A DNA stretch of 64,000 bases from Caecitellus pseudoparvulus (taxonomy: Eukaryota > Protista > Bigyra: Bicosoecida): positions 1 to 64,000 of the forward strand of contig CBFFRQ010000212.1 in NCBI GenBank assembly GCA_965644315.1, written 5' to 3'. Numbering within the stretch: position 1 is the first letter of the stretch; each line of letters begins with the position of its first letter. Below the pieces are notes generated by a model, which saw only the letters and a program-made list of their open reading frames with translations, was not told where the DNA came from and did no database searches. The position numbers were made by a program, and so were the translations under genes. Positions 10,992 through 20,098 of the stretch are shown here, in pieces.

Positions 10992-12890
10992 TTAATTTGA
11001 TATTCTATCCATTTTATATGTTATTTCAACGTCAATATTTTCATTTATATTGCTTTTCACTGCCACATTCCACGTAGGAAAATTACCCGCTGAAGATACC
11101 GTCATAACCTTAGATAATGTAATTTGTCCGTAGTTTTTAGCTGCTTCAGCTTCCATAAATATTCGCCCGATTGTGTTATCCTCACCTGAAGCAGAATTAG
11201 GAACGGTCATTCTACCAAATACAACGGCTGTTGTTTGTCCTGGTCCGTCTATTACTAAATTAAAAGTAGCACTTAAAATATATGTTCCTGTTTGGTATGA
11301 TTCAACGGGAATTGTAGCATCCATAGTAAATGTTTTCCAAGTGTTAGCGGTGAAAACATCATTAAGAGCTATTTTATAACTTTGAAAATTTGCTGTTCTT
11401 GCTAATAATTGCCCGTAATTTATGGCGTGATATTGTGTTGTTCCATCCTTTAACCATTCAATATTCCTATTACCCATATCTAATTTAACGCTTGTTTTAA
11501 TTTCTGTATTAGAAACTGAGAAACGCTGAACCTCACCGCCTCCATTATTACAAAAGAAGGCGTGTTCTGAACTTGAACCACCGGACATATTAACATATCT
11601 TGTTTCGTTATTTAATTGTTCTATCCAATATGAAACCAAAGAACCATCAGGACGAATTAACGTTAATTTATCAGCTTGAATCTCTCCGACATCTTCAATA
11701 TTATTACCGTTTAAATTAATATTATTGTTAAAACTGCTACCACCCGCCACACTATCAACATAGGCTTTATTTGCTCCATCTGTCCCTATTGTAGGAGTTG
11801 CCACATTTTCGATTTTATTATTATTCATATCTAATAAAGCTTCTATGCTTGTAATTCCTGAAAATGTTTTATTTCCTGCTACACTTTGATTTCCTGTAAG
11901 TTTGACGCAGGTATTAATTAAATCATCAACATATTTTTTATTGGTTAAGCAATCATCATTATTAGCGGTGTCAGTTTGGAAAATACGGCAACTAGGACTT
12001 AAATAAATAGCCCCTGTGTTATAAAAATATGTTAGTTGTTTATTTGGGTCGTTTCCAATTCTAAATTGAGCGGTTGAGGCGTTTTTAGCTGATAAAGTTA
12101 AAATTTTATTATTATCGTCTTGATTTAATAAAACTTCAGTCCCTCCAAATCCTAAATTTCCGTTAATATTTAATTCATTATCGCTATTATATGTTAAATC
12201 CATTGTTGATGAACCATTATCAAAAATTAAAGAAGGGTTAGAGGCTTTATCAAGGGTGACCGTTTCATATGTTGGATTAGTAGGGGGTATTGGTGCTGGA
12301 GTGCCTTGTGTCGAGTTACCGAGTATCACAAATAAACGATTTGAATTAGTGGGCGGGTCTTCTAATAATACCTCTTGAGCGGTTGAAGTTTTACAATTAG
12401 CATGTTTAAATTTAAATGTTGTATTAAAATTTGCGTTATTTTTAGCCGATAAATAAATATATTTTGTATTCGCTGGAAATTGTAGGGCGTCCCCTATGAC
12501 TTGAATATCGATTAAATGATCGGTGTTTAAAATATCCGCTTCATTACTAGATGAAATATAATTTTCGTCTTTATCGTAATAATCCAACCTGACATTTAAA
12601 TTTAATTGTTCGTTTTCTGTTGTTTCAATTTCGCAATAATAATTTAAATTTAATCGTGAATATGTCCCAATATCGTCAGGAGCTTTTAAAACATCTTTTA
12701 AAGGTTGAGAAAAAAACATAGCTTTATAAGCAGTGTTAGCGTTGATAGTATCTTGAGTTCCAAAAGCAGTCCCCGCAGTTGAAAAAAAATTAATAGCTTC
12801 TTTTAATCTTGCCACATTTGATGTTGTTTGTGGTTCATTATATACTATTAATTTATTCATTTCGTATTGATTCTTAACATTATTAAACAT
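10992..12890 (-). CDS. Fiber/spike-like virion protein
   Basis: Fiber-type repeats LTGNQSVAGNKTF, LDMNNNKIENVATP, DGANKAYVD; next to capsid genes. Confidence 0.7.
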   Translation of the reverse strand: MFNNVKNQYEMNKLIVYNEPQTTSNVARLKEAINFFSTAGTAFGTQDTINANTAYKAMFFSQPLKDVLKAPDDIGTYSRLNLNYYCEIETTENEQLNLNVRLDYYDKDENYISSSNEADILNTDHLIDIQVIGDALQFPANTKYIYLSAKNNANFNTTFKFKHANCKTSTAQEVLLEDPPTNSNRLFVILGNSTQGTPAPIPPTNPTYETVTLDKASNPSLIFDNGSSTMDLTYNSDNELNINGNLGFGGTEVLLNQDDNNKILTLSAKNASTAQFRIGNDPNKQLTYFYNTGAIYLSPSCRIFQTDTANNDDCLTNKKYVDDLINTCVKLTGNQSVAGNKTFSGITSIEALLDMNNNKIENVATPTIGTDGANKAYVDSVAGGSSFNNNINLNGNNIEDVGEIQADKLTLIRPDGSLVSYWIEQLNNETRYVNMSGGSSSEHAFFCNNGGGEVQRFSVSNTEIKTSVKLDMGNRNIEWLKDGTTQYHAINYGQLLARTANFQSYKIALNDVFTANTWKTFTMDATIPVESYQTGTYILSATFNLVIDGPGQTTAVVFGRMTVPNSASGEDNTIGRIFMEAEAAKNYGQITLSKVMTVSSAGNFPTWNVAVKSNINENIDVEITYKMDRISN

Positions 12891-12956
12891 ATTATTAATA
12901 TAACATATATTATTTTTTTTATTATTTAATATTTCTTAAACAATAAATTAAATTAT

Positions 12957-14780
12957 TTAATTTAATAAATTTTGAAGGTTATTTTTTTTACGTCTTCCAC
13001 CTGTAGTTTTTCCGCCTCCTGTATTTACACCAAGCCCTAATTTATCTAATACGTCGGCTGCTACTTTTCCTTCCATACCTACATCACGTAAAGCACTTTT
13101 ACCAAGTTTAGATGCTGCTTTATATGCGTCATGATTTACAATGGATTTTAAACCAGAATTTAATTTTTTCCAGAAATTAGAACCGCCAATATAACGAGTA
13201 AGGCTCATAGTGTCGCCGCTTACAGGTGCTTCAATAACGTCAGCTTCAGAAAGGGGAGCAGTACTGACAGCACTAGTGCCATTTTCACTCACGAAAAAGC
13301 CACTATTAACAGCCATTGTATATAAAATAGGGTTATTAGCAGTTAAACCACTATTATTCACACAATTGACATCAAACTGCATTGTATAATTACCACCAAC
13401 ACCACTAGAAGTGCCAGCAGGTAAAGCAAAATCAACACCAGGACGGAGGATTAAGAAAGAACCAGATAAACCAATTTTACCGTTGCCATTTTGACCAGTC
13501 CAGGCTTGCCCTAAATATTCGTTATAATCAACATCTAATCCGTTATTTTGTGAAATGTGGAATAATTGCTGGGTAGTCATTGAAGATAAAATACCGGATA
13601 CATTATTAAAATTTAATCTAATATCTTTTACAGGTAAATAATAATCGCCAACATCATTATTGCCAGTTAATGAAGGTTTAGCATAAATGACAAGCAGATC
13701 GGGGATTTGAGAAAGTGTGATAGTTTGAGAACGTAAATTAACACTTGCTCCAGGTGCTACAGTTGTTGAGCTTGTTGAAATGTAGCGGGGATACTCCATA
13801 TAAGGCACAACGCTTCTTTTAGGTAAAGGTAAAGACAGAGAAGGAGAACGGAAAACACAATTTACGACGGCATTTTGAAAGGGGTTTTGACCGTTTAAGC
13901 TTACGGGAGAATAAGAGAAATTCCAATCGTCTAATTCAATATGATTTGTGGTATATCTTAGCATTCTTGAAACATCACCCACATTAAACATTAATTTAAT
14001 GTTATTCAGCCCATACAAACCTACATTATCCTCTTGACTTTCATTGAAAATAAAGGGTGATAAAATTAAATTCTCGGTGACTGTTAATTTAAAATATACG
14101 GTTTGACTAAAAGAGGTGGCGTTTCCTGCCTGAATTTGCCATTGATAATCTGCGGCTGTTGCTGGTTCTCCGTTTTCTTTAACCCATTCAAAACCTTGAA
14201 AAGCACCATTTGGCACGTTATCATTATTTAAAGCTTCTTGATATCCTTTTAATACACTGTTGGAAAGTGTGCGGCTGTCATTATATGAGACGTATTTATC
14301 AAGCATAGAAGGCGTGGTTCTGCTTTTATGATTTCTTTTAGAAGCTGACATTTTTAATATTTCATAAATTACATCTTGAGAATTCACGGAAACTGTGGAA
14401 TTATTAATGGTGGCTGTGGTTGTGCTCATACAAGATTGAAAGGGATAAGCAGCAGGGGCGATTGAATCACCGGGGGTGAAAACTGGCTGTCCGTTTAAAT
14501 CGGGGTTTTGAACTGTTCCTGGGAATGCTTCTGGGTTACCGCTTTTAGATGTAATTGTAGCGGTAATTTTACCCATAATCTCAACACTTACGGGCATATT
14601 TCTATCCATAAACATATTTTGGCTTGGTGCTGTAATATTAAAAGATACTGAAGAACTGGAAGCGGTGGCAGCTTGAAAAGGTGTATTGCTGATGCTTACT
14701 GCTCCTTCATTTACGGCATATCTTGGTTGTGGTTGAACGATTCTAGCGTCCATAACTTTAATTTTTTCAATACTAGACAT
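12957..14780 (-). CDS. Virophage major capsid protein (double jelly-roll)
   Basis: About 607 aa from MSSIEK (TCTA upstream); N-terminus resembles Sputnik/YSLV MCP (DARI...YAV..G...SSSSVSFNITAPS...DR), plus ENLILSPF and QIPDLLVIY; GG-rich basic C-tail. Confidence 0.9.
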   Translation of the reverse strand: MSSIEKIKVMDARIVQPQPRYAVNEGAVSISNTPFQAATASSSSVSFNITAPSQNMFMDRNMPVSVEIMGKITATITSKSGNPEAFPGTVQNPDLNGQPVFTPGDSIAPAAYPFQSCMSTTTATINNSTVSVNSQDVIYEILKMSASKRNHKSRTTPSMLDKYVSYNDSRTLSNSVLKGYQEALNNDNVPNGAFQGFEWVKENGEPATAADYQWQIQAGNATSFSQTVYFKLTVTENLILSPFIFNESQEDNVGLYGLNNIKLMFNVGDVSRMLRYTTNHIELDDWNFSYSPVSLNGQNPFQNAVVNCVFRSPSLSLPLPKRSVVPYMEYPRYISTSSTTVAPGASVNLRSQTITLSQIPDLLVIYAKPSLTGNNDVGDYYLPVKDIRLNFNNVSGILSSMTTQQLFHISQNNGLDVDYNEYLGQAWTGQNGNGKIGLSGSFLILRPGVDFALPAGTSSGVGGNYTMQFDVNCVNNSGLTANNPILYTMAVNSGFFVSENGTSAVSTAPLSEADVIEAPVSGDTMSLTRYIGGSNFWKKLNSGLKSIVNHDAYKAASKLGKSALRDVGMEGKVAADVLDKLGLGVNTGGGKTTGGRRKKNNLQNLLN

Positions 14781-14871
14781 ATAATATAATTTAGAAAATA
14801 TTTTTAAAAATAAACCCTTATATTTTTTTAAAAAATCACGCATTTTGTAAAAAAAACTAAACTAGATATTT

Positions 14872-16008
14872 TTAATATTTAGGTTGAAATAAAAATTTCA
14901 TAGATACATTAGATAAATTAGATAATTTAAGAGGCACAAGTTCCCCCGTTAATCTATATTTCCAGTAAATATTAACGTTAATATTTCTTATAGGTTGTTT
15001 AGAATTTGTAAGAGATACGAAACGATATTCAGCACCCGGGATATATGATATATAATCCTTATAGTCGTAGGCATCGTCTAGAGTTAAACTAATATCAGTA
15101 ATGATAGGTTCAAAATTAGAAATTGAAGAAACGGCATTAGCATTGTTAGAATTACCAAATTTCACGGGCTGGCTTACACCTTCACTTATAATAGGTAATA
15201 ATGAAGAAGTAAAAACAATAGAAGATATAGGGCTCCAATATGTGCCAAGGCTTACGGCTTCTTGTTCTATTTTAATATAATCTACGCTGTTTAATGTGAT
15301 AGAGTTTAAACCCTGATAATTACGGGGGATAATTCTATATTGTTTAGTTTCGTCTAAATCGTTGTATTCATGCGGATAATGTGATAATAAATTATATAAA
15401 TTAGAATTAAAAAAGAACGAAAAACCGCCGTCATTATCTGCGGGATAATAAATATCAAATTTTTTATTTGCGTTATTATATACTATAAAAGGGCTTATTA
15501 AATCTGTAAATGCTGGATAATCAACTTTTATTAATGCGTTTAATTGAGCTATTGAATATGTTATGGCTTCATTTACTAATTTTATAAAATGGTCGTATGT
15601 GTGGCAGTAATAATATTCTTGAGATGCGTTTTGTCCTTCTGTTTCAAAATTTGAAGGTGCTGATAAGCTTGAATCGTTGCTTTCCCATATTACGGGTTGC
15701 GTGTATTCGTATTCATTGCCGCCTATATGATTATATTTAACTGTTATTTTATATACGGTTTTATTTGGGTTTGTTTGTCCTTCTTCAATTACTGGTATAA
15801 ATAAAGGTAAATCATTAATACCGTTCATAGTAAAACGAATAATAGACATTTTATATTTTGAGGCATCATTAATTAAGGGTACGTCTCGTGTTTCGGAAAA
15901 ACTGGCTATTGGGTCGTTAATCTTACCTTGGCTCGTGCTTCTTCCGTTGATAATATCAATATTATAATAAATATTTTTATCTTCTTGATACATTGTAGAA
16001 TTTAACAT
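14872..16008 (-). CDS. Virophage penton / minor capsid protein
   Basis: NIYYNIDI...FSETRD.P..Y.MSIIRF, WSPISSIVFTSSLLPI, YIPGAEYR; adjacent to MCP. Confidence 0.88.
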   Translation of the reverse strand: MLNSTMYQEDKNIYYNIDIINGRSTSQGKINDPIASFSETRDVPLINDASKYKMSIIRFTMNGINDLPLFIPVIEEGQTNPNKTVYKITVKYNHIGGNEYEYTQPVIWESNDSSLSAPSNFETEGQNASQEYYYCHTYDHFIKLVNEAITYSIAQLNALIKVDYPAFTDLISPFIVYNNANKKFDIYYPADNDGGFSFFFNSNLYNLLSHYPHEYNDLDETKQYRIIPRNYQGLNSITLNSVDYIKIEQEAVSLGTYWSPISSIVFTSSLLPIISEGVSQPVKFGNSNNANAVSSISNFEPIITDISLTLDDAYDYKDYISYIPGAEYRFVSLTNSKQPIRNINVNIYWKYRLTGELVPLKLSNLSNVSMKFLFQPKY

Positions 16009-16041
16009 TATTAATATATTAGATAAAATATTTTAATAAAG

Positions 16042-16626
16042 TTATTTTTTTAATAAATCATGAGTAAATTTGGTGACTACGTCGTCAAAGTCTTTTAAAT
16101 TCTTATCTTTTAATGATTTCATTAATTTTTTATAATCTTCTAAAGATAATTTATATAAAAGTAATCTTGCCGCTGTATGTCTACCACATGTTCCTATGCC
16201 TTCTCCTTTTTTTTGGAATTGGTATCTATTATATTCTAAACCATACCCCGCCTGGTCTATCATTCTTAATAATCGGGGTTCGTCTTGTCCTGTTTGTCTT
16301 TCTACTTCTTCGTCTGCGTTTAAATTTTCAGTTGCTGTGTCTGGTGGGTGTCCGTAAGGGTCGAAATGCTCTATAATATTTCCTTTTTTAATTAATCCTA
16401 CCCAATGCCCCACATTAGGGTCAGACGTTAGATATAATAAAATACAACGCCCCTTTTTATCGAAAATTTCGTCAATATGTCTATAATTATATAATTTATC
16501 ATAACTTATAATATTTGTATCATCATTAAATAAATATTCTAAATCACTATTTGATAAATAATAACGTTTAAGCTGTTCTCTTAATTCTTCGTTATGTTCT
16601 GGGTCAGATTTTTTAGATTTTTTCAT
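16042..16626 (-). CDS. Maturation cysteine protease (adenain/Ulp1-like)
   Basis: GHWV, HFDPYG, QFQ...TCGRH (His/Asp/Gln/Cys catalytic motifs). Confidence 0.9.
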   Translation of the reverse strand: MKKSKKSDPEHNEELREQLKRYYLSNSDLEYLFNDDTNIISYDKLYNYRHIDEIFDKKGRCILLYLTSDPNVGHWVGLIKKGNIIEHFDPYGHPPDTATENLNADEEVERQTGQDEPRLLRMIDQAGYGLEYNRYQFQKKGEGIGTCGRHTAARLLLYKLSLEDYKKLMKSLKDKNLKDFDDVVTKFTHDLLKK

Positions 16627-16665
16627 TATAATATATTATATTATAAAAATATCATATATTATTTT

Positions 16666-17454
16666 TTAGTCTTCGTCTTGATGTAAAAGATAAGCATAAT
16701 TTGAAGATAATATATAGTTGGGATAATTTGTAAAAACCGCACACCATCTCCCTAATTTACGTAGTTTTTTTATTTCGTCTTTATCACATCCTCCATAATT
16801 TCTTAACAAATACCCTAATTGATGAGGTGAAGAAGATTGAGGAAAAATAACAATATGAGTTGATTCATTTAAAATTAATCGTGTTTTTTTGTAGTTTGTT
16901 AGGTTATGAGCAATATAAATCATAGATATTCCCTGATGACGCCCCATAATACATATATCATCAATGATTTTTAATATTTTGTCTAAAACGTTTTTTTCTA
17001 AAGTTTCAAAATCATCAAAAATATATAGTCCCTCTGTGTCTTCGTTGTTAATATCAAAGTCTTCTATAAAATCTTCAATATCTACACGGTGGATAAAATC
17101 TAATTCGTCTAATGTTTCGTCTTGTGTTAATTTAGATATTAGATAAATAGGCAGGTCGGGGTTTAATCTATGATAATTATTAGATATAATTTTGGCTGTG
17201 TAGCTTTTACCTGAACCCGCAGCACCTGGCACATAAAAAATATCACGTTTTCCCTTCTTAGTAGCAGGGAGAATATTAAAAATTAAATCGTCAGGTAGTT
17301 TTATGCTTTTATGTCCGGTGTTTTTATCGGTTAAACATAAGAATTTATTAAAATCTTTATGGTTTTCATCACCTTTAACAATGGCAACGGGTGTGTAATC
17401 CTTCTTTAATTTATGTTTTATATTTTTATAATCAAGTAATTCAAAACTAGGCAT
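16666..17454 (-). CDS. A32/FtsK-HerA genome packaging ATPase
   Basis: GAAGSGKS Walker A, YIFDD Walker B, GRHQGIS. Confidence 0.92.
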   Translation of the reverse strand: MPSFELLDYKNIKHKLKKDYTPVAIVKGDENHKDFNKFLCLTDKNTGHKSIKLPDDLIFNILPATKKGKRDIFYVPGAAGSGKSYTAKIISNNYHRLNPDLPIYLISKLTQDETLDELDFIHRVDIEDFIEDFDINNEDTEGLYIFDDFETLEKNVLDKILKIIDDICIMGRHQGISMIYIAHNLTNYKKTRLILNESTHIVIFPQSSSPHQLGYLLRNYGGCDKDEIKKLRKLGRWCAVFTNYPNYILSSNYAYLLHQDED

Positions 17455-17469
17455 TATTAAGATTTAGAA

Positions 17470-17563
17470 AAAAAGATTTACAAAAACTTAAAAAAACTAT
17501 ATATCATGTTGTAATTTCTAGATATTTTATTATAAGTTTTTTAATGTTTTTGTAAATCTTTTT
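17470..17563. terminator. Long-loop inverted repeat at the 3' end of 17562-19415
   Basis: aaaaagatttacaaaaac (17470-17487) pairs with gtttttgtaaatcttttt (17546-17563). Confidence 0.5.
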
Positions 17564-19415
17564 ATTTCCATAAACGCCTTTTACCTTTAAAAATTTGTTC
17601 TATTTGTTTAAACATTGGTCCGGAACCTTTTAAAAAATTAGTTGTGAATTTTGCGGGATTCATTCCTTGCCCTGTTAAATTAGTTCTTGTTGATGCTGTG
17701 TCTGTGTCTCCTTCTGATAAGGCATCCTCAGGGAAGTATTTCAAATATTCGTCTTCGTAATCTTCGTATTTTTTTTTTGCTTTATTTAATCTTTTTAATA
17801 TATCTAAACGTTTGGTTTTTGCTTCTTGGTCCTGTATTTCTGTTGGAACCGCTCCATATTCGCTGATATGTGGTAATAATTCATTACGATATATATCGTC
17901 ATAAACTGTCGCTAATCTTTCAAGCTCTTCTGATGTTGGTAATTTTTTAGCTTCTTGAACTGGTGCCGCTTGTCCTGGTGGTGGTGGCTTAAATTCTGGC
18001 ATTCCTCCATCTTCCGCTTGTTTTGGTTCTTTTGCTTCTCCTGTTGGTTTTCCAGCAGGACCTTTGGTAGGAAATATCGGTTTTCTATCACCTCTATTAG
18101 GTGTTGGTTTTTTAGCACCTTCGGTTGGTGCTGTTTTATTTGGTTTTGCTATTGGTGGTGCTTCTGCTCCCAATTCTTGAAGTTTATTCGTGATTTCTTC
18201 TAATGCTTTTAGTAATCCTTCTCGTTTATCTCTTGACATCTTATAGCGCATCTCTTTTCCTTTATTCTCAAATTTATTAATATGTTTTTGTAGTTCTTGA
18301 TTTTCTTTCTTAAATTGTTTTAATAATTTCTTTATTTCTTTTTGTCTTTCTTCCTCCTTCTTTCTTTCTGCTTCCCTTTCTTCTTCTCTCATATCTTCAA
18401 AATCTTTTAATCCTCTTTCTTCTCCTCTATCTTTTAAGCTTGGGTTCTTTTTCTTTTTCTTGTCAGCTTCAAAATATTCTTTTATTTCATCATAAGCACT
18501 TTTATTGATAACGTCTTTTAATGATTTATAACCACGTTTTAAAATATCGTCAATTCTTTTCAATTCTGGATTAAAGATTTTATTTTTAGGTGCCATAATA
18601 ATATTTTTAAATTGTTCGTTAAATGCCTGTTTTCTGGTATCTGGTGATGTTCCATAACTATTAATAAGGGCTTGTAAAGTTAAATAAATTTTAAAAATAA
18701 CCTCGTAATAATCAACACGCTCTAAATAATCCAAATACAAATCGCCTCTTTTCCTTTCTTGTTTTCCGTCTCGTTTTTCAAGATAGGTTCCGAAAATATC
18801 ACGCCCTAAATACAATTCATCTATATTAGTTAAATAATTATCTAAATGTGCCTCTGTAATTTGTGCGTATCTTTCTAATGTTTGTTTATCTAAATCTAAG
18901 CCGTATTGCTTCAAATTCCCTAATGCCTGTTTTGCGTCTTTATTCATTGATGAAATATAAGATAATGAAAAATCAGCACTTGTTAAAGAACTAAAAAATA
19001 ACTCTAAAGAGGTTGAAACGGTATCTGGTATCTCTTGTGCTGTTTGTTGTTGTCTTTGTTGTGCTGGTAATCCTGCACTTAATTGCTCTAATTGTAAAGC
19101 CCTATTTTTAAGCTGGTTCATTATTAAATTATGCCCTTCTCTTGTTTGTGCCCCTCCAGCCGCTTGCGTCCGGTCGTGCCTGATTAAATCTTCAATTTGT
19201 TTCATTTGTGATAAATTAGAAGTATTAAAAGAATGAGAAGACATACGATTAAAACTACCTGTTGGATTTGGCTTGGGTTGGTTTTGATATTGCCCCCTTA
19301 ATGAATAATTAATATAGTTTTGAGTATTTTTTAACCCTTCCATAACTTGGCGTCGCATACGTTCCGCCTGTTCGTCATGAAACATATTAAATTTATTTTC
19401 TGTCATTATATACAT
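17562..19415 (-). CDS. Hypothetical coiled-coil / Pro-rich protein, possible core protein
   Basis: 617-aa ORF in the morphogenesis block; AAGG, TGQG and KGSG motifs. Confidence 0.75.
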   Translation of the reverse strand: MYIMTENKFNMFHDEQAERMRRQVMEGLKNTQNYINYSLRGQYQNQPKPNPTGSFNRMSSHSFNTSNLSQMKQIEDLIRHDRTQAAGGAQTREGHNLIMNQLKNRALQLEQLSAGLPAQQRQQQTAQEIPDTVSTSLELFFSSLTSADFSLSYISSMNKDAKQALGNLKQYGLDLDKQTLERYAQITEAHLDNYLTNIDELYLGRDIFGTYLEKRDGKQERKRGDLYLDYLERVDYYEVIFKIYLTLQALINSYGTSPDTRKQAFNEQFKNIIMAPKNKIFNPELKRIDDILKRGYKSLKDVINKSAYDEIKEYFEADKKKKKNPSLKDRGEERGLKDFEDMREEEREAERKKEEERQKEIKKLLKQFKKENQELQKHINKFENKGKEMRYKMSRDKREGLLKALEEITNKLQELGAEAPPIAKPNKTAPTEGAKKPTPNRGDRKPIFPTKGPAGKPTGEAKEPKQAEDGGMPEFKPPPPGQAAPVQEAKKLPTSEELERLATVYDDIYRNELLPHISEYGAVPTEIQDQEAKTKRLDILKRLNKAKKKYEDYEDEYLKYFPEDALSEGDTDTASTRTNLTGQGMNPAKFTTNFLKGSGPMFKQIEQIFKGKRRLWK

Positions 19416-19486
19416 ATATAAAATAAATTATATAAATGATATAATATTTTTTAACATTATATTATTTAGATATTTATAATAAATAT

Positions 19487-20098
19487 TTAATCCATTAATT
19501 TATTTTCTTTGATATATTTTGAGGCTTGACCTAATGTAAAGCCATATTTTTTCATTAATTCTTTTATTAATTGTCCTCGTTTCTTTTGTTTTGCTGATGG
19601 TTGGCGTTTTTTCTTTTTTTGTGCTTTCCCGTATCCTACCGCTTCTAAACCTGCTTTAATTTTATCACCATATGGCAGCACGGGTGAAATTGTTTTAATA
19701 ACTTTTCCTGCGGGTTTCCATACTGCGTTAAAACCCCGCTTGAAACCATCCCAGAAGCTTTCCCCGCCTTCTAAATGCTTAAAATGTTTTTGTAATTCCC
19801 GGGCATATTCTTCGCCTAGTTTAGCACCTCCAGCAGCTCCACCATTTAAAAAATCTCCTTGAACTCTACCTCCTCGTTTCTTGGGTGGTTTTTCAAGACT
19901 TCTATTGGTTCCTAATAAACCGTCTAAACGTTTATAATTAATATTATCAAATGTTTTTTCTTTGTTTTTTAAATCGCCGTAATAAGTCTGACCTCCTACC
20001 GTTCTTTCACAACATCCCGCCCCGCTTTGATTTTCTAACGTTCTATTTTGTTCGAGTTTTAATAATAATTCTCTGACTTCGTTATTATTCATTGACAT
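19487..20098 (-). CDS. Basic putative core protein with several GG/GAG cleavage-like sites
   Basis: 203 aa; LEGG-ESFWDGFKRGF amphipathic segment; basic C-terminus. Confidence 0.7.
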   Translation of the reverse strand: MSMNNNEVRELLLKLEQNRTLENQSGAGCCERTVGGQTYYGDLKNKEKTFDNINYKRLDGLLGTNRSLEKPPKKRGGRVQGDFLNGGAAGGAKLGEEYARELQKHFKHLEGGESFWDGFKRGFNAVWKPAGKVIKTISPVLPYGDKIKAGLEAVGYGKAQKKKKRQPSAKQKKRGQLIKELMKKYGFTLGQASKYIKENKLMD

